A program made the position numbers and the translations under genes. 64,000 nt of DNA from Myxococcales bacterium (GTDB lineage Bacteria; Myxococcota_A; UBA9042). The DNA lies in NCBI GenBank assembly GCA_037441385.1, contig JBBISH010000015.1, forward strand, positions 10,256 to 74,255, written 5' to 3'. The notes under the pieces are model-generated. The model ran no database searches and had not been told where the DNA came from. It saw only the letters and a program-made list of their open reading frames with translations. Every line of letters begins with the position of its first letter. The stretch's first letter is position 1. Positions 9,497 through 18,604 of the stretch are shown piece by piece.

Positions 9497-11602
9497 CTAG
9501 CGGACCCACAGGGTTCCCTGGGTGCAGTTGCTGCCACAGCTGCCGCTCTGCCAGAAGTTGGCGCCGGCGCCGCACGATTTGTTGGTGTCGCTGCAGCCGT
9601 AGGTGCCAAAGCCCCAGCCCGAGTCGGTGGTGGCGCAGTCGTTCTCGTTGTTGCCGACCAGGCCCCAGCGCGCGCCCGAGTAAGTGCCGTAGCCGCCGTA
9701 GGTGGCCGACGCATTGTTGATGCCGCTGCCGTTGCAGTTTGGCTGGCTGCCGTCGTCGCCCCAGTAGCTGACGAGTGTACCGCGGCTGGGACCGCCGTTC
9801 TTGAAGCCCTCGTTGAACACGGTGTTGAGCGTCTTGGTCGCGCCGAGCGACTGCTGCACGCACTGGCCGCCGCTGGGAACGCCCTTGCAGCCGCGGAGCG
9901 TGCCGCCCGGCAGATTCACGAACGAGCCGAGCTTGGCGTTGGCGTTCAAGCTGGGATCGACCGAGGCGCTGCCGTCGTCGTTGAACACGTTCTTGTCGGT
10001 CCAGTACGTGCTGGCAAAGCCCAGCTTGTTGTCGCTCTTGAAGCGCATCACCAGCGTCCAGCCGCCGCCGTCGGTGGTCATGTCGCACCACACTTGATAA
10101 GCCGTTGTATTATCCGGATTAATCCAGTAGGGACCGTCTTTGGCCAGCGGTACTTTGGTCTGCAAGTCCTTGCACGAGGCGGCCGGATTCTCTTTGCTGC
10201 CCGGGATGGTGAGGTAGACCGCGGCCCAGTCGGTACCGTTGCAGATGTACAAGGCCTTGTCTTTGCTGTTGGCGTAGCTCATGCCAAAGTTGGCGGGGTT
10301 GCAGGGCGTGGGCGCGCTGGCCGAGACAAAGAACTGGAAGCCGCCGTTGGCCGCCACCTTCTTGCTGGATAGCGTGCTCACCTGCACTTGCCACGAGGTG
10401 ATCTGCCCGTCGTACTTGATGCTGTTGTTGGCCAAGTCGGCCACGGTGATCGACCACAAGCCCTTGGGGTTCTGGCCAACGTAGGTGTCCAGGCCCTTGG
10501 AGGGCGACGCGTACAGCAAGGACAGCGCCGTGCCGGTCTTTTCGCCGTTGTAGATGGTGGTCTTGGTGCCCGCGGGATCGTACAAGTCGATGCGAATCTT
10601 GGACACGTCGCTGTTGGTCAGCGTGACCGCTACCGCCATGCCCTGGGCGACGCCGAAGTCCGGCACGTTGACCGAGTCGGAGACGCCGGCGCCGAGGAAG
10701 TCGGGAATTGGAATCGGCGCGGTGGTGGAGGCCGCGACTTCGGTGAACTGGTCCGTCAAGAGGCCATTGGACACTTTGGACAGGCCATCGGCAGGCAGGT
10801 CGGCGGCGGTGAGGGTGGTGGTGGCAGCGACGCACTCGTACGAACCGTCGGCCTTGATGCCCTTCATCACCAGGCCGGTGCCGCAGGTAGCGCCGATCTT
10901 GGCGGCCACGGGCACACCTTTGAGGTCGCCGAAGTTGCCGGTGGTCGCGACGTCTGCGAGTTTGGGCGCCCCCAGCAAGTCGGCGTAGGCGCCGGTGCCC
11001 GCGACCTTGGCCAGCGCGGCGGCCTTGACGTAGTCGACCAAGTCGGTCTTCTGCGCGTAGGCGCTGAGGTCGGCCGACTTGGCGTAGGGAGCCAAATCCG
11101 CGGTCTTGGCGTAGCCAGCCAGGACCTTGGAGTCGAGTTGGTTGAGACCGACGCAGCCCGAGCAGTCGACGCCTTCGGCCAGCGCGGCGCGCAAACTGAA
11201 CGGCACCGATTGCAACTGCTTGCGAGGCAACTCGGGGTCCTGGCCCACGGACACGCCCAGCCATACCTGGCTCAGGCTGCCCAAGAGCTGGGCCGACAGG
11301 GGCGTGGTAGCGCCCAAGGCCAGCGAGAACTGACCATTCTTTACCGTGACCGCGACCGGACCTTCTTTCCAGGCACCCGTCCCGCCCGTCTCTTGGCCAT
11401 AGAGCTGCAAGGTGAGGTCGTACTTGCCATCGGGCGCCGCGGAGCCGCTCGCGCTCAGCAGCATTCCCTCGACGTTGGTGGCGGTGGGCACGGCCGCCTG
11501 GGCTTGCTGCGGGGCCAGAGCGCCGGCGACGACGAGAGCCGCGGCGATCGCGGCGCCGCCGATAGTGGGATACAACCTTGATAATAGGCTGGACTTTCGC
11601 AT
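9497..11602 (-). CDS. Secreted adhesin-like protein: tail-fibre-like stalk, proprotein convertase P-domain and fibrinogen-like (CDMxxxGGGW) C-terminal domain
   Basis: Signal peptide ending AQA; YAKxxDL repeats; GQNPKGLWSITVAD..GQITSW (P-domain); NPAASCKDL..DGPYWI..VWCDMTTDGGGWTLV. Confidence 0.8.
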   Translation of the reverse strand: MRKSSLLSRLYPTIGGAAIAAALVVAGALAPQQAQAAVPTATNVEGMLLSASGSAAPDGKYDLTLQLYGQETGGTGAWKEGPVAVTVKNGQFSLALGATTPLSAQLLGSLSQVWLGVSVGQDPELPRKQLQSVPFSLRAALAEGVDCSGCVGLNQLDSKVLAGYAKTADLAPYAKSADLSAYAQKTDLVDYVKAAALAKVAGTGAYADLLGAPKLADVATTGNFGDLKGVPVAAKIGATCGTGLVMKGIKADGSYECVAATTTLTAADLPADGLSKVSNGLLTDQFTEVAASTTAPIPIPDFLGAGVSDSVNVPDFGVAQGMAVAVTLTNSDVSKIRIDLYDPAGTKTTIYNGEKTGTALSLLYASPSKGLDTYVGQNPKGLWSITVADLANNSIKYDGQITSWQVQVSTLSSKKVAANGGFQFFVSASAPTPCNPANFGMSYANSKDKALYICNGTDWAAVYLTIPGSKENPAASCKDLQTKVPLAKDGPYWINPDNTTAYQVWCDMTTDGGGWTLVMRFKSDNKLGFASTYWTDKNVFNDDGSASVDPSLNANAKLGSFVNLPGGTLRGCKGVPSGGQCVQQSLGATKTLNTVFNEGFKNGGPSRGTLVSYWGDDGSQPNCNGSGINNASATYGGYGTYSGARWGLVGNNENDCATTDSGWGFGTYGCSDTNKSCGAGANFWQSGSCGSNCTQGTLWVR

Positions 11603-11769
11603 CGTTACACCTCAGGCCGGCCCGGTCGGGCATCAATTGGCGCGCAACTCCGGTCCATGGTGCGCCTTGCCTATGGCGGTGGCAAGTGGCCGGCGGCCGC
11701 AGCGCTGGGAACCGCTGGAATATCCGCGCCTCGTCGCGAGTTGCAGGCTGTCTGAAGGGTCGGCTGCGG

Positions 11770-11798
11770 TTGACAGACAACTGCAACTGCCCTAACGT
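11770..11798 (+). promoter_or_regulatory. Putative sigma70 promoter for the DsbA-family gene
   Basis: TTGACA (11770-11775), N17, TAACGT (11793-11798). Confidence 0.65.
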
Positions 11799-11887
11799 AC
11801 TGCGCCCCGGACTGGACCCGGGCCAGCGGCCACACCGGCCACGACCGCGGCAAACCGGTCGGGAAGAACACCGGTCAGCAAGGAATA

Positions 11888-13894
11888 ATGGCAATGAAGA
11901 AGGAAAACATCGTCTTGATCGTCATCGCGGCGGTCGTGATTGCCTTCGGCGCCGGGCGGCTGTCGAAGAACATGAACTCTTCACAGGGTGGCGCTCCCGC
12001 GCAGCCGGCCACGGTGGGCGAGGCGGCACCGGCCCCCGTAGCGGGCGCAGCCGCCAATGGCATCCCGGCGTCGATGCCCTGGAAGGGCGCGGCCAACGGC
12101 TTGGTCACCATCCTGGAAGTTTCAGACTTCCAGTGCCCGTTCTGCTCGCGCGTCGGCCCGACCGTCAAGCAGATCGTCGAGGCCTACCCCAACGACGTCA
12201 AGATCGTGTGGGCCAACCAGCCCCTGCCCTTCCACAACAACGCCAAGCCGGCAGCGATCGCCGCCCTGGCCGCGCACAAGCAGGGCAAGTTCTGGGAAAT
12301 GCATGACAAGCTCTTTGGCAACCAGCAGCAGCTGAGCCCCGAGAACTACGAGAAGTGGGCCAAGGAAATCGGCCTGGATGTGGCCAAGTTCAAGGCCGAC
12401 CTGAACGACCCGGCGATCGCCAAGCAGATCGAGAAAGAGCAGGCCTCGGCCAACGCCACCGGCGCGGGCGGCACGCCTTCGTTCTTCATCAACGGCAAGC
12501 TGATCCAGGGCGCCCAGCCCTTCGAAGAGTTCAAGAAGGCCATCGACGCCGCCCTGGCCGACGCCAAGGCCGTCTCGGCCGGCAAGACGGGCATGGAGCA
12601 GATGAAGCTGGCCGCGGCCAAGACGGGCGGCGACACCGGCACCAAGGTGGTCGAGTACTTCTTGGAAGGCAAGGCGCCGGCCGCCGAGGCCGCTCCCGCC
12701 AAGCGCGAAGAGGCCAAGGCCGATGAGGGCCCCGCCACTCCTCCGCCGGACAGCTACGACGTGTGGAAGGTCCCGGTCGACCCCAAGCGCGACTCGGTCA
12801 AGGGTGACAACGACAAGGCGCTGATCACCATCGTCGAGATTTCGGACTTCCAGTGCCCGTTCTGCTCGCGCGGCGCCAACACGCTGACTGAAGTCGAGAA
12901 GGCCTACGGCGACAAGGTCCGTCTGGTGTTCAAGCACCACCCCCTGCCGTTCCACAAAGACGCTCGCCCAGCTTCGCTGGCGGCGATCGCGGCCGGCAAG
13001 CAAGGCAAGTTCTGGCAGTTCTACGACAAGGCGTTCGCCAACCAGCAGGCGCTGACGGACGAGAACTTTGTGGCTTGGGCCAAGGAAATCGGCCTGGACA
13101 TGGCCAAGTTCGACGCGGTCCGCAAGGATCCGGCGACCGACAAGATCATCACCGAAGACATGGACATGGCCGGAACGGTCGGCGTCCGCGGCACCCCCGG
13201 CTTCTTCATCAACGGTCGCAAGATCGTCGGCGCCCAGCCGCTGCCGATGTTCAAGGCCGTCATCGACGAAGAGCTGAAGAAGGCCGAGGCCGCGGGCAAG
13301 AAAGGCCAGGCTCTGTACGACGACATCGTCGCCAAGGGCAAGGTCTTCTCGGAACTGAACGACAAGGTCAACGACTTCAACGTGGAAGGCCTTCCGTTCA
13401 AGGGCAAGAAGGACGCGCCGATCACCATCGTCGAATTCTCGGACTTCCAGTGCCCGTACTGCTCGCGCGTCGCTGAGCCGGTCAAGGCCGTGTACGAAGC
13501 CAACCAGGACAAGGTCAAGGTGGTGTTCGCCCACTTCCCGCTGCCGTTCCACCAGATGGCCAAGCCGGCGTCGACCGCCGCGCAGCTGGCCTTCGAGCAG
13601 GGTGGTTCGGAGATGTTCTGGAAGGTCCACGACGGTCTGTTCGCCGCCCAGCGCGAGCTGAGCGAGGACAAGATCAAAGAGATCGCCACCGGCGCTGGCG
13701 TGGACAAGGCCAAGCTGGAAGAGGCGCTCAAGAGCGACAAGTACGCCGAACTCTTCAAGAAGACCCAGGAGATGGGCGAGAAGGCCGGCGTGGAGGGCAC
13801 CCCCTCGCTGTACATCAACGGCCGCAAGTTCGAGCCGTCGGCGGGCTACGCCCCCGAGTCCTTCGCCAAGGCGTTTGCCCTGCTGAAGAAGTAG
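11888..13894 (+). CDS. Membrane-anchored DsbA-family oxidoreductase with three thioredoxin domains
   Basis: N-terminal TM; three SDFQCP(F/Y)CSR motifs, each followed by PLPFH and a G-T-P cis-Pro loop; strongly biased codon usage. Confidence 0.92.
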   Translation: MAMKKENIVLIVIAAVVIAFGAGRLSKNMNSSQGGAPAQPATVGEAAPAPVAGAAANGIPASMPWKGAANGLVTILEVSDFQCPFCSRVGPTVKQIVEAYPNDVKIVWANQPLPFHNNAKPAAIAALAAHKQGKFWEMHDKLFGNQQQLSPENYEKWAKEIGLDVAKFKADLNDPAIAKQIEKEQASANATGAGGTPSFFINGKLIQGAQPFEEFKKAIDAALADAKAVSAGKTGMEQMKLAAAKTGGDTGTKVVEYFLEGKAPAAEAAPAKREEAKADEGPATPPPDSYDVWKVPVDPKRDSVKGDNDKALITIVEISDFQCPFCSRGANTLTEVEKAYGDKVRLVFKHHPLPFHKDARPASLAAIAAGKQGKFWQFYDKAFANQQALTDENFVAWAKEIGLDMAKFDAVRKDPATDKIITEDMDMAGTVGVRGTPGFFINGRKIVGAQPLPMFKAVIDEELKKAEAAGKKGQALYDDIVAKGKVFSELNDKVNDFNVEGLPFKGKKDAPITIVEFSDFQCPYCSRVAEPVKAVYEANQDKVKVVFAHFPLPFHQMAKPASTAAQLAFEQGGSEMFWKVHDGLFAAQRELSEDKIKEIATGAGVDKAKLEEALKSDKYAELFKKTQEMGEKAGVEGTPSLYINGRKFEPSAGYAPESFAKAFALLKK

Positions 13895-13923
13895 CGTAGT
13901 TCGAAGGCGACGAGTCGCCAGGC

Positions 13924-13964
13924 GGAGGCCGTCGGTCGCGGGATCGGCGGCCTTCGTGCTTTTT
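13924..13964 (+). terminator. Rho-independent terminator after the DsbA-family gene
   Basis: GGAGGCCGTCGGTC-GCGG-GATCGGCGGCCTTC hairpin followed by GTGCTTTTT. Confidence 0.7.
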
Positions 13965-14066
13965 GCGGCCCTGCCCTGCCCGGAGCCCGCAGCCAAAGGG
14001 GGCGGGGACCCCGGTTTGGGCCCAAAGATTGGCCGGAATTTTGTGCCGAATTAGACGGATTCCGTA
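13950..14066 (-). repeat. Dispersed repeat family II, copy B
   Basis: Reverse complement reads TACGGAATCCGTCTAATTCGG...TTCCGGCCAATCTTTGGGCCCAAACCGGGGTCCCCGCC..., which aligns to copies A and E. The far end is degenerate and its boundary approximate. Confidence 0.7.
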
Positions 14067-14241
14067 TGAACCCCGGCGCAAGCCCGCAGCGGCACCGCCC
14101 CAGCTTGGGCGACAGCGCCAGGTCGGCTGTCCTCACCTCGATCGGAACGCGCCGTGGGCGGCTTGGCCCAGGCGGGCGCAACCGGCCGGCGCCGCAATCC
14201 GTGGCGACCTGGGCGGAAGAACGCCGGCTTTGGAGCAGTGG

Positions 14242-16203
14242 TTACGGGCGAGGCGCCAGCACCGGCGGCACCACGGTCACGGGTTGCGCGGGCGACAGGC
14301 TCGGCTTGGGCAGATTCTGTAGGCCGGCATCGGCGGGCGCGGCGAGCATCGCCAACAACGGCGCGGAGTCGGCTTGGAGCTTCCAGGTCACGCTGGTGCC
14401 CGCGGCCTCGGCCTGGACGAGCGCCGGCGGCCGTACTGCTGCGCCCAACGCGGCGTCGGCCTCGGGCGCTGGCGCGGTGGCGGGTGCCGTCGTCGGCGAC
14501 AGCTCGCGCGCCAAGCGCATCGCCTGGGCACTCGAGGCCATCAGCGTCTGGTGATCGACCGAGCCGACGGGGACCAGCCGCGCCGCGGCCTCTGAGGTGC
14601 GAGCTAGCAATACGGCAATCTCGCTGAGGTTTTCGGCCGTGCGCCGCTGACGATCGTCGGCGGGCGCCGCCTGCAACTCGTGGCGCTGGTCCGCAACCCA
14701 AGCGTCCAGGCGGTCGCGCAGGGCGCTGGCCGCGTCAGGCCCTTTGCAGTCCAACCGCACCTGCATCGACGGCGGGTCCGGCTGGTAGACCACGGCGACC
14801 TGCTTGACGTTTTGCTGCAAGGCCCCGGCGGGCAGCCAGCGCGAGAAGCCCTTGGGCTCCAGGCTCAGCGACCACAAAGGGCTGCCAGCGCGCAGCTCGC
14901 GCAGTCCCTGAACGGCCACGGGGTCGTCGGCCAGGGCCGGCAACTGTTTGGTGCGCACACGCGCCAGCACATCGACCGCGCCATCGTCGCCGATCCACAA
15001 GACGTGCGGCCCCGCCGCGACCGCCCGCCACCGCGCCTTGGCGCCGGGCACCGACAGCAGGGTTGTCAGGCCAGAAGGGGCTGAAATCGCCGAGCTTTGC
15101 CGCAGTTTGGCCAGCCGGCGGACCTGGCTTTCGGCATCCTCGAACTCGAGGAGCAGCGCCGCCCCTTCGCGGGTGCGCACCAGGACGACGACCGGATCGC
15201 GGGGCTTATCGAGCGCCAGCGCGCGCAGCTGCGTCAAGGGGCTGAGTAAGCGGGCGGCAAAGGGGTCGCGCTCGGCTTGCTGAAGCAACCTGGGCAGTTG
15301 TGCCATGTGGACGCCAACGATCTGCTGTGCCGAGACCGGCAGGTCGTCTTGGGTGGTCGGGTCGCTGCGCCGCGCGGCCAGCGCGACTCCGCCGACCGCG
15401 ACGCCAACCAGCACGAGCGCCACCATCGCCATGCTGCGACGCGAGAATTTGGCGTCAGGGTCGCGCTGCACGAACCAGGCGATGCCGATGCCAACCCCAT
15501 ACAGCAACACCAGCGGGGCCGACATCAAAGTCTGGTTGATCGGGTCGGGGGTGGGCGTCAGCACGGCACCGATGATGAAGGCGATGACGATCCAGTAGCG
15601 ATAGAAACCGAGAAAACCCTTGGCAGAAACCAGGCCGACGGCGGCCAGCACGTACATGAACAACGGCAACTCGAACACGGCGCCAAAGGCCACGAGCATC
15701 AGCGTCGCAAACGAAACCGTGCTGGCGAGCGTGGGCTCTAGGGTCAGGCCCGGCGCTTCCGTCGTCATGCGGATGAGGAAGTCCGTCATGAACGGCAGGA
15801 CAACGAGGTAGCAAAAGGCCGCACCCGTGACGAAGCAGGCGACGCTGCCCGACAAAATCGGCACGATGAGGCGCTTTTCCTTGGCGAGCAGGCCCGGCGC
15901 CACAAAGGCCCAGATTTGATAGAAGACCCACGGGCTCGCCAAGAACAGGCCGCCGACGAGCGACAGCTTCATGTAGACTTCGATCGACTCGGTAATCTGC
16001 AATGCCTTGATAGCAAACAGATTATTGTTTGCCATCGCGTCGCGGATCGGCTGACTGAGCCAATCGTAGAGCTCGATGCGGAACGCCCACGCCACGAAAA
16101 AGGCTGCGATCACCGCGATCGAAGAGCGCACGATGCGGGTGCGCAGCTCGATCAGGTGCTCGCGCAGGGACATCGTGCCCTGGTCCTGCACGGCTTCGCT
16201 CAT
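14242..16203 (-). CDS. tatC: Twin-arginine translocase TatC with an extra TM and a long C-terminal domain
   Basis: MSLREHLIELRTRI; YQIWAFVAPGLLAKEK; FGAVFELP; AVLTPTPDP..Q..MSAPLVLLY. TatC core covers ~aa 1-245 of 653. Confidence 0.92.
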   Translation of the reverse strand: MSEAVQDQGTMSLREHLIELRTRIVRSSIAVIAAFFVAWAFRIELYDWLSQPIRDAMANNNLFAIKALQITESIEVYMKLSLVGGLFLASPWVFYQIWAFVAPGLLAKEKRLIVPILSGSVACFVTGAAFCYLVVLPFMTDFLIRMTTEAPGLTLEPTLASTVSFATLMLVAFGAVFELPLFMYVLAAVGLVSAKGFLGFYRYWIVIAFIIGAVLTPTPDPINQTLMSAPLVLLYGVGIGIAWFVQRDPDAKFSRRSMAMVALVLVGVAVGGVALAARRSDPTTQDDLPVSAQQIVGVHMAQLPRLLQQAERDPFAARLLSPLTQLRALALDKPRDPVVVLVRTREGAALLLEFEDAESQVRRLAKLRQSSAISAPSGLTTLLSVPGAKARWRAVAAGPHVLWIGDDGAVDVLARVRTKQLPALADDPVAVQGLRELRAGSPLWSLSLEPKGFSRWLPAGALQQNVKQVAVVYQPDPPSMQVRLDCKGPDAASALRDRLDAWVADQRHELQAAPADDRQRRTAENLSEIAVLLARTSEAAARLVPVGSVDHQTLMASSAQAMRLARELSPTTAPATAPAPEADAALGAAVRPPALVQAEAAGTSVTWKLQADSAPLLAMLAAPADAGLQNLPKPSLSPAQPVTVVPPVLAPRP

Positions 16204-16841
16204 GGGATCGGGTCGCTGGCGGGAGGTTCAGTGGCCGCCACCACGGCGGGGTCCGCGGCTGGCTCAGCGGCTGGCGGCGGGGACGCTGCGGTTGCGGGCT
16301 GGGCGACAGCGACGGCGGCAGGGTCGGCCACGTCGCCGCGCGCTTTGGTGCCCGGCAGCGGGTCTGCGGTGGGCATCCGGAAGTTTGGCTTGGAGCGCGT
16401 GCGATTGGTCTCGGACGGCATCGCGCCAGCGTCTTCCAAGGGTTCAGGTTCGCGGTGGATGGTCCACGGGGCCGGGGCCTCGCCTTCGCTGCGCTCTTGC
16501 GCCATGCGGCGGCGGACATGCGCGAGCACTTCGGGCTCGGCCGGCGCCGCGGGCGGATGGGCGGCTGGCTCAGGCGCAGCGCGGGTTTGGCTAGCCTCGG
16601 GCTCGCGAATCGAGTCCTCGACCATCGAGCGCACGTCGGCCGTGGCGTCGTGGACTTCGCGCGTCAACTCTTCCATGCCCTGGCGCAGTTCGTGCTGGGC
16701 CAAGTTGGCGGCACGGCGCAGATCGCGCAGGCCGGTCCCCACAGTCTTGGCCACCTGCGGCAGCTTGTCGGGACCGACAAAGATCAGCAGCACGATGATG
16801 ATGAGAGCGAGCTCGCCGCCGCCGATGCCGAACACACTCAC
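16200..16841 (-). CDS. tatB: Twin-arginine translocase TatB (TatA/B family)
   Basis: FGIGGGELALIIIVLLIFVGPDKLPQVAKTVG; long Pro/Ala-rich tail; overlaps the tatC start (ATGA). Confidence 0.88.
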   Translation of the reverse strand: MSVFGIGGGELALIIIVLLIFVGPDKLPQVAKTVGTGLRDLRRAANLAQHELRQGMEELTREVHDATADVRSMVEDSIREPEASQTRAAPEPAAHPPAAPAEPEVLAHVRRRMAQERSEGEAPAPWTIHREPEPLEDAGAMPSETNRTRSKPNFRMPTADPLPGTKARGDVADPAAVAVAQPATAASPPPAAEPAADPAVVAATEPPASDPIP

Positions 16842-16852
16842 CTCGCGATGGC

Positions 16853-16975
16853 TACTGACCGTGGTTCGGGCGGCAGGGCTGGAGCCACCGTGGCGATGGC
16901 CTGAGTTGGGTTGGGTTCGTGGCCGCTGCTGGCCCGGGTCCCCAGTTCATCGATCCGCCCGGAACGGATTCGGTA
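16853..16975 (-). repeat. Dispersed repeat family II, degenerate copy C, in the tatB leader
   Basis: Reverse complement starts TACCGAATCCGTTCCGGGCGGATCGATGAACT (cf. copy A TATCCGATCCGTTCAAATCGGATTGAAAAACT) and ends ...CGAACCACGGTCAGTA. The interior is poorly conserved. Confidence 0.45.
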
Positions 16976-16977
16976 TC

Positions 16978-17006
16978 AGACTATGCGGCGCACCCGCTGC
17001 GGTCAA
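16978..17006 (-). promoter_or_regulatory. Putative sigma70 promoter of tatBC
   Basis: Minus strand TTGACC, N17, TAGTCT. Confidence 0.6.
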
Positions 17007-17054
17007 CCAACCGCGGCCCACAGCGCCGCGCCGCGGGCACCAAGTCTTTGGCGT

Positions 17055-17957
17055 CTAGCGGAATTGCAGCCCACCGGTCAGCTTGCGGCGCCCCACCAGG
17101 CCTACGCAGCGCGCGCGTTGGCCCAGCGAAGAGTCCGCAGTCACGGTCGCCGGCACCGCCTGCAGCAAACGCCGCACGACGTGGGCCAGCCACGGCCGCG
17201 CGCCGGCCAACAGTCCGCACAACACCAGGCGCTCGGCGCCCCCCAGCCAGACCTGCTCCAGCGCAAGGTGCGCGGCCACTCCGTCTTGCACTTCGCCGGC
17301 CGGCAGGGCAAACCGAAGCGCGTCCAAGTGGGCTCCGCGGTCCAAAGCCTCTAGGGTGGCGGCGTCGACCAGCCAAGGCGCAAGGCGGCTGTGCAAGGCC
17401 GGCAGCGCCGGGTCCAGAGTCGGCGCCAGCCACGACCCCAGAACCACGCGGGGCGCGGCGGGCGGTTGCAGCACGGGCGGGCTCGCCCACTCGGCAGGCA
17501 CGTCGCCGCTCACCACCTCGCGCAACACCAGCAGGCCGTCTGGCTTGAGCTCGCGGGCCACTTTGTTGAGCACCCAGGCCGGATTGCGGTACGACGCCAG
17601 CGTGTCGAACAGCGCGATCCGGTCAAAAGACGCGGGGCCAAACGCCACGTCGCCGTAGCCGCGCGGCAAAAGGGTCAGGTGGGCGGCCACTTCGGGTCGC
17701 ATTTGCGCGTGCCAAGCCCGCAGCTCGCCGTCGTCCAGGTCGGTGACCGAGACCCAGTGCTCCGCGGCGGCCAGTTGTTCGGCCAGCTGTCGCGGGGCAG
17801 AACCGGCCAAGAGCACCCGCCCAGGCGCCTGCGCGAGCAGCCACGCGTCCAAGGGCGGCAGAATGAGCGACGCAGCTTCGGCGTGTCCGGCATGGGGCGG
17901 CGGCGGCACCGCGTGGTTGCGCCGGACTCCCTCGATTTCGCGGCGCAGACGCACCAT
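17055..17957 (-). CDS. Class I SAM-dependent methyltransferase-like protein with a degenerate motif I
   Basis: SFDRIALFDTL...VARELKPDGLLVLRE (motifs II/III); motif I reads RVLLAGSAP. Confidence 0.6.
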   Translation of the reverse strand: MVRLRREIEGVRRNHAVPPPPHAGHAEAASLILPPLDAWLLAQAPGRVLLAGSAPRQLAEQLAAAEHWVSVTDLDDGELRAWHAQMRPEVAAHLTLLPRGYGDVAFGPASFDRIALFDTLASYRNPAWVLNKVARELKPDGLLVLREVVSGDVPAEWASPPVLQPPAAPRVVLGSWLAPTLDPALPALHSRLAPWLVDAATLEALDRGAHLDALRFALPAGEVQDGVAAHLALEQVWLGGAERLVLCGLLAGARPWLAHVVRRLLQAVPATVTADSSLGQRARCVGLVGRRKLTGGLQFR

Positions 17958-18014
17958 CGGCAAAGCCTCGGGATTAGAGATGGAAGCGGCGAGCGGCCGC
18001 GCGGCAGACGCCGG

Positions 18015-18365
18015 TCAGCCCGGCGGCCAAGCCAAGGTCCGCCCGGCCAGCAAGTGCGCGTGCAAATGGAAGACGCTCTGACCTGCGCCGGCCCCGGTGT
18101 TCAACACGGTTCGGTAGCCCGAGTGCACCAAGCCCAATTCGGCCGCCGTGGCGCGCACGCCGGCCAGGACCTTGCCCAGCAGCACGTCGTCGTCGCCGGT
18201 CGAGTCGGCCAAAGAGTCGACATGCTGCCGCGGGATCACCAGGACATGCGTGGGCGCCTGCGGATGCAAGTCGCGAAAAGCGACCACGTCCGCATCTTGG
18301 TAGACGAACGGCGTTCCCAGTTCGCCCTGGGCTATCTTGCAGAAAATGCAGGATTTGTCGCCCAT
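18015..18365 (-). CDS. hinT: Histidine triad nucleotide-binding protein (HinT)
   Basis: CIFCKI...PQAPTHVLVIP...AGQSVFHLHAHLLAGR.L.WPPG. Confidence 0.95.
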   Translation of the reverse strand: MGDKSCIFCKIAQGELGTPFVYQDADVVAFRDLHPQAPTHVLVIPRQHVDSLADSTGDDDVLLGKVLAGVRATAAELGLVHSGYRTVLNTGAGAGQSVFHLHAHLLAGRTLAWPPG

Positions 18366-18372
18366 CGTGGGC

Positions 18373-18498
18373 CTACTTGCCGCCGCGAGCGGCCTTGGCA
18401 GCGGCCTTGGCGGTCTCGATCAAGCGCTTGACGCGGGCGATCTTCTTCTTGCGGCGAACGATGCGGCGAATTTCGGGGGTGCGGCTTCCGCTGCCCAT
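18373..18498 (-). CDS. Small basic protein (41 aa), DUF6800-like
   Basis: GGAGG SD upstream of ATG 18498; MGSGSRTPEIRRIVRRKKKIARVKRLIETAKAAAKAARGGK; 7-nt gap to hinT. Confidence 0.7.
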   Translation of the reverse strand: MGSGSRTPEIRRIVRRKKKIARVKRLIETAKAAAKAARGGK

Positions 18499-18604
18499 GA
18501 GGAACCTCCGGGAAATGCGATAGTAAGACGGTGTTCGGGATGCTGTTGTCCGTATCGCAGCCATCGGCGAACGGGCGCCCGGCGCATCCTGCGGGCGCAA
18601 CAGG

